Origin: an uncultured virus (IMG/VR IMGVR_UViG_3300007735_000789)
Lineage: Duplodnaviria; Heunggongvirae; Uroviricota; Caudoviricetes
Virus record (IMG/VR): IMGVR_UViG_3300007735_000789
Direction: 5' to 3' (one strand)
Length of the DNA: 64,000 nucleotides
Shown one piece after another: positions 56,533-64,000 of the stretch. The notes under the pieces are model-generated. The model ran no database searches and had not been told where the DNA came from. It worked only from the letters and a program-made list of their open reading frames with translations. Numbering within the stretch: the first letter of the stretch is position 1; every line of letters starts with the position of its first letter. The position numbers and the translations under genes are program-made.

Positions 56533-56730
56533 CTAAATTCGAATTTGTCTATTAAGAGCTTTTTGTAAAAGCGCATCCTTAGTTACATTCAAAACGTATG
56601 CTTGAAGGTCCGCAGAAATAGTTGAAGGCGTACTTATTTCCCTTATCAAACTATTTGTTGTAGGTAAACCGGCTCGATCGCTAAAGGTTCTACCTGGAGT
56701 AAGAGCGTCTACAAAAGCAGAGTAAGACAT
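56533..56730 (-). CDS. Hypothetical protein
   Basis: 65 aa within the operon. Confidence 0.6.
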   Translation of the reverse strand: MSYSAFVDALTPGRTFSDRAGLPTTNSLIREISTPSTISADLQAYVLNVTKDALLQKALNRQIRI

Positions 56731-56753
56731 TGTGCTATCAAAAAGTAAAAGAC

Positions 56754-57038
56754 TCAGTACAGAATTACAACGTCACCCACCGTGGTGGCAGCCCCGCTAA
56801 TAGCCGTAATAGAAATCGGTAAGATAGAACCGGCGGGGACTTTTTTTAACGTTATCGGTGTGTTAGTACCGTCTGTAAAAAGTACTTGTAAATCTTGGTT
56901 GCTAGTACCGCCATTGATAAGGACAGCGCGGCAAGCGGGAAAGTTAAAAGACTGCCCGCTAGGAGACAAAGCAAGTCCGCTAGCGTAAGAAAGAACTGCT
57001 GTTTGTCCATAATAACTGCCAAAAGCACGTACGTCCAT
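56754..57038 (-). CDS. Small beta-rich putative virion protein
   Basis: CRAVLI...VPAGSILPISI. Confidence 0.68.
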   Translation of the reverse strand: MDVRAFGSYYGQTAVLSYASGLALSPSGQSFNFPACRAVLINGGTSNQDLQVLFTDGTNTPITLKKVPAGSILPISITAISGAATTVGDVVILY

Positions 57039-57040
57039 GT

Positions 57041-57247
57041 CTACTCAAGTGTTTCTATAAGCTTAGCTAGATAAACCTGAGCTTTCTGCAAATCTTCTTT
57101 GCCGTTTTTATCTTCCCACCGCCACAAATATTTATATATGCAATTCTCTAAGTAACCTTGAAATTTAATCAAGCCAGTAGATGCTCGTTGAAAATCATAA
57201 CATTCTAAATCATCTTTTTTGTAATAATCCGGACGTACGTCACCCAT
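57041..57247 (-). CDS. DUF3310-like protein
   Basis: VRPDYY...ECYD...NCIYKYLWRWEDKNGKEDLQKAQVYL. Confidence 0.82.
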   Translation of the reverse strand: MGDVRPDYYKKDDLECYDFQRASTGLIKFQGYLENCIYKYLWRWEDKNGKEDLQKAQVYLAKLIETLE

Positions 57248-57266
57248 AAGTTAAGCTCACATAAAC

Positions 57267-58139
57267 CTATAACGTAAGCATCCTATCGCAAGATATTAAA
57301 GAGTCAACAGAACACGGTATGAGATCCGAATATTTAGTGCCTTCGTGCAGCACTAAACCACACGGTAAAATTTCGTAGTTATCTTGTTTTTTCTTAACTG
57401 GCACGCATCGCCTGTGTTCAAAGTTAAACGGTGGGTTTTCAAATGTCAGCCCCATCGAACTTCGATCGGCAATAGGCCAGTTACGCACCCCCACTTTTGC
57501 ATAACTTTTTTCAGGATCGTAACTATCTGAACGTATATAAACTTCGCCATCCGTTTGATCTAGAATCATTGCCCCGTAATACGGGTTAGCTAACTGCACA
57601 AAAAAGTCAACGTCATAGTCAACCACAAGTACATTTGGCACAGTAAACCCACGGGTATCCCACACGTTGGGTGTTTCTTTTGTCAGCGAATACACATAAT
57701 AATTATCGAACGGTACTTTTTTATGTTGCTTTTGTTCGTACCTGACAAAACCTGGCTCAAGTTGATACTTGCTTAAAACAGGTTTCCACTTAAGGTAGTA
57801 TTTAAAGTTTTCATACGTAAGTAACATGTCATTCTCAGAATAGATATAGTAATCAGCTTCTCTATTGAGAATCGCTAGAGCTAAATCTGTTTTGTGCGCC
57901 CAGGTTAAATACCAACCGTGATACCCTGGACTTGCAACTTTTATCTCAATATTCAATCCTTTAAATTCTTCTAATATTCCATATAGAGTATCTACGTCGT
58001 TTTGAGACGCATAATCGATATAAATCTTTACAGAAATATCACAAGGAAAATCGGCATAGCCTCGCAACACAGTGAGTAGAGGATCTACCCGCTGTAAAGG
58101 ATTGTTGGCCGTAATGGCGATCCACAGCTTTTTCGACAT
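57267..58139 (-). CDS. Putative GT-A fold glycosyltransferase
   Basis: LWIAITA N-terminal strand; DYYIYSEND (DxD-like); NPYYGAMIL; late His in LVLH. Confidence 0.6.
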   Translation of the reverse strand: MSKKLWIAITANNPLQRVDPLLTVLRGYADFPCDISVKIYIDYASQNDVDTLYGILEEFKGLNIEIKVASPGYHGWYLTWAHKTDLALAILNREADYYIYSENDMLLTYENFKYYLKWKPVLSKYQLEPGFVRYEQKQHKKVPFDNYYVYSLTKETPNVWDTRGFTVPNVLVVDYDVDFFVQLANPYYGAMILDQTDGEVYIRSDSYDPEKSYAKVGVRNWPIADRSSMGLTFENPPFNFEHRRCVPVKKKQDNYEILPCGLVLHEGTKYSDLIPCSVDSLISCDRMLTL

Positions 58140-58154
58140 GTCGTAAGAGCCCCT

Positions 58155-60218
58155 TTAGTACTCTATCGAAAAACTGCCCCGCCTTTGTAAAAAGGTTATT
58201 AAGTGTGTGTAAGCATCGAGTAAGTCGTCATGGGACGTGGATCCCACATTTATAATCTGCTCAAATAACGCATCAAATTTACGGTACCGATTAAACGTTA
58301 TCTTTCTGTTTTCAAGCAATCCCAAGGTTCCTCGGAAACGGGCAACTTTATCTCCTCTAAAACCGGATACCTCGTGTATATGGATATTTGATAATCCACG
58401 GTCATTTAAAAGTACACGTTTTAAATCAGCGGACAAGCTTGCTTGATAAGCAACTGACTCAACTACCAGCGTGATCGTCGAATAAGTCGGAAAATACGTG
58501 TCGTTCTCAAAAGTTAAAATTCCCCATTCAAGTAACATCTCACACAGTAAATCTATCTTCTCTAAATTTCCTACGGAACGGCACTGATGTGCATCAATAA
58601 TGTAATACTTATCTTTAAGTCGTCCGCCCAAAACAAATGCCGTGTAGTCGCTAGTTTCTTTAGCACTAGCAGACAAATCAATTCCTACAGCTAAGGAATC
58701 AAACTCCATCTCAACGTCAGCCCGGACGAGAAGATCGGGAGACACGATTAGGTCCGACGTTAGAACAGGTTGTTGTTGGTACTGAAACGCAAATGCAACA
58801 GGATCTAATTCTTTTGTCTGTAATAAATAATCGACAGACCATTGTTCAGGCCAATAGCTTACCGGCTCTCCTTTATTGTTATACGTTAGGGCTTCTTGAG
58901 AAACTTGATTCCAACCCTTAGAAGGGGAAAACATAGTTTTATGAATATCTAAAGGATGGAATCGAGTGCCTAGACAAATAGCCCGACCGCCATCAAAAAT
59001 AATCGGAGCTATAACAGACGACCAGTTATTATTCATTTCGTCCCGAATTGTCGGATTACGTAGTTCCGCCGAAGATTTTATAGGGTCATCGACTAAACAA
59101 TTGCTTACAACAAACCCATTTGCAATAAAATTATGATCTGTGTGGTCTAGCTCAAGGTCATAAACGATGTGCGTTCCGTTGCTAATTCTTTCAACTCCGG
59201 AAACGGTGAGGGTCTCCCAGCTCTGTCTGTGATCTGGTGAGGAGCACTCGGAGCTGTTTGACTTGTTTCGTTTTTTGCAAAGGACTTTTTCTCCTTTGTA
59301 CTGCATTTGACATTCGTAAAATTCTTCCGAGTTAAAACTATTTTTATTTAAAGCTACTCCAACAAGGGTTTGCCCTGCACTAATATCTTCTGCCCATTCG
59401 TACTTTTGGTCTGTTGTAAGGAAAGGGTGCTCAGGAGTTGCGGAAATGTAACCGTTACTTGTTGTTCTAATGTGAACAATTTCTGAAGAACAACGTCGCG
59501 TAACTGCTTCCACGTTGCTCCAATCAATTTGATTAGTTTTTGAGTTTCTGACAGCAATTAGAAAGCGTTCGGGATTTGCGTAAATTTTTTCAATTGGTTG
59601 TTCGCCTTGATCAGTCAAAACTAATGTATCGCCCGTCAGACATAAGTGTGCGCGTTTTGACGTAATTGAGCCGCGTAGACCAGCAGCTCTGAGTGTATAT
59701 TCTTCATCACCCACCCGTGGAATTCCGGCGTATTCAAAATCAACAGCCCAACCAATATCCGACTGCATTCCTGGTTTTAGACGAACACGAGGAAATATAC
59801 GTTTAAACGTTGTGTTATCAATCAATTGTTTAATGATTCGGCTTTTAGGTATAGCTGTTGCTATGTTATACGAACAGTATATAATCTGTAGAGGCATTTG
59901 TGCTGATGTGTGTCTCCCTATAGCCCATGCAGTAAATAAGTTTAATACTGTGCTTTTAGCGCTGCCTCTGGGGCTCAGAATATCAAGGTTTGCTCCAGCT
60001 ATGTCTAACAAGTATCTATTGCTTTCTCCTGTGATCAAATGCCTGTGCCACTCCATCATATGAGGAGCAGGAGCTTTATCCATAAGCACACAGAAAGTAG
60101 GAAAGTCATTAGCAGCTTTAGCGTATATAGAATTATCTTCTTTTTCAGTTACTTCAACAGCTCGTGCAGCATTTAACTGAGCTTTACGGCGATAAGCGAA
60201 AGTTTCCCGACTAGGCAT
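58155..60218 (-). CDS. terL: Terminase large subunit, intein-containing
   Basis: Walker A PRGSAKST; Walker B CLVDDP after splicing; GTRFHPLD; nuclease GIDLS, DYTA, VESVAYQ, HDDLLDA. Confidence 0.95.
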   Translation of the reverse strand: MPSRETFAYRRKAQLNAARAVEVTEKEDNSIYAKAANDFPTFCVLMDKAPAPHMMEWHRHLITGESNRYLLDIAGANLDILSPRGSAKSTVLNLFTAWAIGRHTSAQMPLQIIYCSYNIATAIPKSRIIKQLIDNTTFKRIFPRVRLKPGMQSDIGWAVDFEYAGIPRVGDEEYTLRAAGLRGSITSKRAHLCLTGDTLVLTDQGEQPIEKIYANPERFLIAVRNSKTNQIDWSNVEAVTRRCSSEIVHIRTTSNGYISATPEHPFLTTDQKYEWAEDISAGQTLVGVALNKNSFNSEEFYECQMQYKGEKVLCKKRNKSNSSECSSPDHRQSWETLTVSGVERISNGTHIVYDLELDHTDHNFIANGFVVSNCLVDDPIKSSAELRNPTIRDEMNNNWSSVIAPIIFDGGRAICLGTRFHPLDIHKTMFSPSKGWNQVSQEALTYNNKGEPVSYWPEQWSVDYLLQTKELDPVAFAFQYQQQPVLTSDLIVSPDLLVRADVEMEFDSLAVGIDLSASAKETSDYTAFVLGGRLKDKYYIIDAHQCRSVGNLEKIDLLCEMLLEWGILTFENDTYFPTYSTITLVVESVAYQASLSADLKRVLLNDRGLSNIHIHEVSGFRGDKVARFRGTLGLLENRKITFNRYRKFDALFEQIINVGSTSHDDLLDAYTHLITFLQRRGSFSIEY
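59100..59642 (-). mobile_element. Mini-intein (181 aa) in TerL
   Basis: N-terminal CLTGDT, block B ATPEHPF, block F VYDLEL, C-terminal HNFIANGFVVSN followed by Cys+1. Confidence 0.93.
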
Positions 60219-60272
60219 ATCAGTAAGCTGACAATGTTGCTATAGTGATCGTACTCCAAGCTTACTGATAAA

Positions 60273-61445
60273 GTGGCAAAAGTGCTTTGGTACGGGGATG
60301 CATGTTCAAATACAGGATTTGGTCGAGTAACCGCCAGCATACTAGAACATCTACAGAAAGAACATGAAGTAGAAGTTGTTGGTATTAACTATAACGGAGA
60401 CCCTCACGATCTTCCTTATAAGATTTATCCGGCATCGAATTTGTCATGCCCTGATCGTTTTGGTATCCCACGGTTGCCCGAACTAATCGATAAAATCAAA
60501 CCGGACATTTTTATATGTTTAAACGATATTTGGATTGTTAACCAAGTTTGGGAACGAATTCAGTTTCTTAAAGATCAGTATAAATTTAAATTTATTGCGT
60601 ATTTCCCTGTAGACAGCGAGTATTATTACCCCGATATGCTGAGAAATATTCCATATTGGGATATCGCTATAACGTTTACAATTAACTGTGCGCACCGTAT
60701 ACTTAAACACGATATCAAACCCAGTAAGTTAGGGGTTCTACCGCACGGCGTAGACATCTCTAAGTTCAACCCAATGCCGAGGGAGCAGGCAAGAACAGCT
60801 CTAGGGTTGCCTCAAGATAGATTTATCGTATTTAACGGAAACAGAAACCAACCACGGAAACGAATTGATCTAACAATTAAAGCGTTTGCAGAATTTGCTG
60901 TAGATAAACCAGATACAATGCTTTATCTCCACATGGGGACTAAGGATCTTGGTTGGGATATCACAGCTCTATTTAAACGGGAGATGGGACGCCTGGGGCT
61001 AGACGACAAACAACGACTAATCTTGACCTCAAACGAAATCAATTATATTGCCGCTCCGCCGGACGAACTGCTCAATACTATATATAACGCCTGCGATGTA
61101 GGACTCAACACAGCAGATGGCGAAGGTTGGGGTCTTGTGAGCTTTGAGCACGCAAGTTGCAGGAAGCCCCAAGTAGTACCAAACCACACGGCGTGTAAAG
61201 ACATTTGGGAAGAAGCTGGTTTGCTAATTGACGTAGCAACGTGGGTTACAGACAAGGACCTGGGAGTAGAACGTGGTCTAGTCAGTACGGATCACACAGC
61301 TGAAATACTTACAGCTCTGTACGACGAAGAAGACTTGTACGAAGAAGTAGCAGAAACTTGCTACGCCGTGACACAACGACCAGAATACCGCTGGGAGTCC
61401 GTCTCAATGGGATTCATCAAAGCCATTAACGATCTTCTCGCTTGA
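60273..61445 (+). CDS. Glycosyltransferase family 4 (GT-B)
   Basis: NTGFGRV, LPHGVD, NRNQPRKRIDL, YNACDV, GEGWGLVSFEH (EX7E). Confidence 0.92.
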   Translation: MAKVLWYGDACSNTGFGRVTASILEHLQKEHEVEVVGINYNGDPHDLPYKIYPASNLSCPDRFGIPRLPELIDKIKPDIFICLNDIWIVNQVWERIQFLKDQYKFKFIAYFPVDSEYYYPDMLRNIPYWDIAITFTINCAHRILKHDIKPSKLGVLPHGVDISKFNPMPREQARTALGLPQDRFIVFNGNRNQPRKRIDLTIKAFAEFAVDKPDTMLYLHMGTKDLGWDITALFKREMGRLGLDDKQRLILTSNEINYIAAPPDELLNTIYNACDVGLNTADGEGWGLVSFEHASCRKPQVVPNHTACKDIWEEAGLLIDVATWVTDKDLGVERGLVSTDHTAEILTALYDEEDLYEEVAETCYAVTQRPEYRWESVSMGFIKAINDLLA

Positions 61446-61446
61446 T

Positions 61447-62526
61447 ATGCAAACTACACACCGCTTCCGTCACGTCAACTCAGACGTTGTTCTTCCAATC
61501 AAAAAAAAGTTTAAAGGAGTTCCCAGCGTTTACAGGCAAGCGGAAGCTCTAAACGGGCAGTTTAAACGTATTGTCCACGGGTTGCCGAAAGACAGCGTTG
61601 GTAACTTTAGCCCCTCAATGCTGAACCATAACGACCAAACGTTCATAGCGTGGAGGTCACAAGCCGAGCCATTTGGGTTCAGGTACGACAACAATTACTT
61701 TTATTTAAATAACGCTCATACAGATATTTATCTCGGGCAATTAGTAGACGATCGCACCGTTCTCGGGGCTAAGAAACTACGCTCCACGCCGCACCGACTT
61801 AGTTACGAAGATCCTCGTTTATTTAAAGGTCCAGACGAAAACTTGTACGTACAGTTTGTCACTTCCAAGTACGCCAGCAAATATGACCAAAGAGGACGAA
61901 AGTTGTTTGATACCCCGAAGGTAGCAGTCTGCTACGTAAATGAACTAGGTGATGCTGTACAGACAGCGTTCCCTCCTATTGGTAAAAATTTAACTAAGGG
62001 AGAAACGGAAAAAAATTGGTGTTTCTTTTCCCACCGGGATCTTCTGCACTGTTTGTATTCAATACGCCCGTTAGTGATCGAACGGGAGGGATTGCCCGCA
62101 ATTCGTGTAGACAGTGATATTTTAAATTCCGTAACTCAAGGGGCTCCTACGTTTTGTTCATTGCCCCCGTTATTAATTGGTTCTGAGCAACTTATATTCT
62201 ACCATTGGAAACACATGACATATAATGATCTAGGTAACCCGTATCTAGTTTATCATCTTAGTGCATTTATGACAGACGAAGAGTTTACAGAAATTACTCA
62301 TATAGCCCCACAACCGCTGTTCACAGGTTCTTTAGAAGATACCTTAATCACCTGGACGGACTACGTAGGCAACCCAGTATCCAATCAACCTGCCGTAATT
62401 TTGCCATTCGGCGCTACTCTAGATGGCGAAGAATTCGCTATGTCCTTAGGTGTGAACGATGCTTTTATGGGTATCTTTAGGTGCCCAATAAACGAAGTAC
62501 TTAAGAAACTTATAAAAGCGTCTTAG
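61447..62526 (+). CDS. GH130-like five-bladed beta-propeller (glycoside phosphorylase/transferase-like)
   Basis: FSPSM, SYEDPRLF, EKNWCFF, VILPFG, SLGVND. Confidence 0.7.
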   Translation: MQTTHRFRHVNSDVVLPIKKKFKGVPSVYRQAEALNGQFKRIVHGLPKDSVGNFSPSMLNHNDQTFIAWRSQAEPFGFRYDNNYFYLNNAHTDIYLGQLVDDRTVLGAKKLRSTPHRLSYEDPRLFKGPDENLYVQFVTSKYASKYDQRGRKLFDTPKVAVCYVNELGDAVQTAFPPIGKNLTKGETEKNWCFFSHRDLLHCLYSIRPLVIEREGLPAIRVDSDILNSVTQGAPTFCSLPPLLIGSEQLIFYHWKHMTYNDLGNPYLVYHLSAFMTDEEFTEITHIAPQPLFTGSLEDTLITWTDYVGNPVSNQPAVILPFGATLDGEEFAMSLGVNDAFMGIFRCPINEVLKKLIKAS

Positions 62527-63050
62527 GACTTTTCTTCCCGTTCAAGAGTAGACCAAACAATCAGCCCAGCATCTTCTAATAAAGACAAAATGGTGGGTTG
62601 ATCTTGGAAGGTATTAGAAAGTTCACGTAAGCATCGGTCTGCGCCAGCTAGCAGTAGCCCACGGCGATCTAACCCGTCCGTAATTGCTCGCACCGTTTGA
62701 ATGTGGGAGCGTAATTCTTTTTGTAAAGACGAAATTTTTGTAGCCGCTGTGGCATAATCCAGCATATTGTTTAGTGTCATATTGCGCACCTGCGTTATAT
62801 CGTTTCTGAGTTCATCTATTTCTATTAGTAAGACCTTGCGCAAATCTTCTTTTGGGTATTTTTCTTGAATCCACGCGGTCAAATCGGCAATACTACCTTG
62901 ATACGAAGGCTGTAAAAACCGTGCAAAAAGATAAGATTCTACATCACTTGTCGCGTTTTTAGCGTAGTGTATAAAAGAATCTTTCTGAACTTTTTCTAAC
63001 GAACTTAACCAACTGGCTACAGTTGTGTCGGCTTCAATAGTTGTTGTCAT
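62523..63050 (-). CDS. Helical hypothetical protein
   Basis: 175 aa, TAATG-coupled. Confidence 0.72.
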   Translation of the reverse strand: MTTTIEADTTVASWLSSLEKVQKDSFIHYAKNATSDVESYLFARFLQPSYQGSIADLTAWIQEKYPKEDLRKVLLIEIDELRNDITQVRNMTLNNMLDYATAATKISSLQKELRSHIQTVRAITDGLDRRGLLLAGADRCLRELSNTFQDQPTILSLLEDAGLIVWSTLEREEKS

Positions 63051-63943
63051 TAAGCAAACATAGCATGGCCGCCTAACGCAGCTTGCAAGCCAAACCGTTT
63101 CATGGCTAGTTGACCTTCAACTTGACCACGCTGTAAAGCAAGTTGATTTCGTGTTGATTCTTGCTGTTTTCTTATATCTAAGTTTGTCTTAGCAATATTT
63201 TGTGCCAATGCATTTTCCCCAGCTAGAGCGGCTGTTGCTGAGTCCGCCAACTTAGTTGCTGTGGGCTGAAGCAGATTAGTTTCACCACTCAGAGTTGTTT
63301 TTCCAAGTTCGGTAGTTCCTTGTTGCAGTGTATTTGCAAGTAAACTAGTCCCTTGTTGAGCTGCTGCTCCTTGCTCACTAGCTGCACCAATAGTTTTTTC
63401 AGCTATTCCTTGTTGAGCTTGAATACCTTGCTGACCTAATGCTTGCGTACCAGAAATTTCTTTTCCTGCTATATCCCCAAGACTTAAAGTACCTTGCTGA
63501 GATATTTTACTAGCAGCATCAGCATAAGACTTAGCTAACTCTCCTGCAGTTTGAACGGGCTGCAATTCAGCAGCTAATTTACCCTTACCCGCTGATTCTT
63601 CTAAACCTAACTCTGCTCCAGCAGATTGACTAGCAATTCCAGTTTGAAGTCCAACGGCAGCGTTTTGTTCCCGAAGACCTTGTTCAAATGCCCCCAACTG
63701 AGCATTTGTTTCTGCTCCGCCATACATAGCCTGGAGCCCTGCGAGTTTACCGGCTTCTATCTGTGCTGTAGTTGTGGCAAAAGTTTGAGCTTGAGCTAAG
63801 CCACCAGACATAGGCCCAAAAATTTGAGCGTACAAGTCAGCGGAAGTATCAACTTTAGGTTCTTTAGGTTTAGTTAAATTATTTGCAACAGCACCAATTC
63901 CACTTATTGCACCACCAATAGCTAAAGTAGTTAAAGGATCCAT
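63050..63943 (-). CDS. A/G/Q-rich helical protein (candidate ejection/pilot protein)
   Basis: MDPLTTLAIGGAISGIG N-terminus; roughly 11-residue amphipathic repeats. Confidence 0.75.
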   Translation of the reverse strand: MDPLTTLAIGGAISGIGAVANNLTKPKEPKVDTSADLYAQIFGPMSGGLAQAQTFATTTAQIEAGKLAGLQAMYGGAETNAQLGAFEQGLREQNAAVGLQTGIASQSAGAELGLEESAGKGKLAAELQPVQTAGELAKSYADAASKISQQGTLSLGDIAGKEISGTQALGQQGIQAQQGIAEKTIGAASEQGAAAQQGTSLLANTLQQGTTELGKTTLSGETNLLQPTATKLADSATAALAGENALAQNIAKTNLDIRKQQESTRNQLALQRGQVEGQLAMKRFGLQAALGGHAMFA

Positions 63944-64000
63944 ACCGCCACCGCCTGTGATGCTTGGGACATAAGTTAACCTACTCTAGCAGCAGCTCTT

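Noticed and set aside
59190..59350. Out-of-frame homing endonuclease inside the intein
   Set aside because: The alternative frame I read gives only a ~40-codon peptide with no HNH or LAGLIDADG motif.
1..64000. tRNA genes, integrase/att sites, reverse transcriptase (DGR/retron), purZ-type base-modification genes, psbA/hli
   Set aside because: I recognised no cloverleaf or diagnostic protein motifs by eye. They may lie outside the window; tRNAscan/HMM searches would be needed to exclude them.

Overview
This 64 kb window is most of the genome of a tailed dsDNA phage. Its host is very probably a picocyanobacterium (Synechococcus/Cyanobium), judged from a host-like group-2 sigma factor, two NblA-like proteins, Dps and several small cyanophage-type proteins. 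The + strand at about 1.6-14.8 kb carries a replication module: family A polymerase, SSB-like protein, PD-(D/E)XK exonuclease and D5/P4-type primase-helicase. Most of the rest is on the - strand: lysis genes, tail-fibre and other structural genes, large orphan (internal/ejection-like) proteins, major capsid, scaffold-like protein, portal and an intein-containing terminase large subunit. Glycosylation genes (GT4, GT17-like, GT-A-like, GH130-like propeller, glf, DUF3431-like) sit among them. The gene set is reminiscent of the S-EIV1-like freshwater cyanophages, which I have not verified. Two proteome-wide sequence signals stand out. First, Ser-Gly outnumbers Gly-Ser about 3:1 in putative virion-surface proteins, a candidate O-glycosylation sequon for the phage's own glycosyltransferases. 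Second, an R-[LFMV]-A-G motif recurs in nine unrelated orphan proteins, a candidate maturation-cleavage or packaging signal. Also noted: a structured intergenic RNA candidate, a candidate origin with nested inverted repeats, a 41-nt-period array of gene-end remnants, a gene cassette flanked by 24-bp direct repeats, two catalytically altered methyltransferases and a 509-nt portal/scaffold overlap. I recognised no tRNA, CRISPR array, integrase or reverse transcriptase. All family calls come from motif recognition by eye, without database searches.
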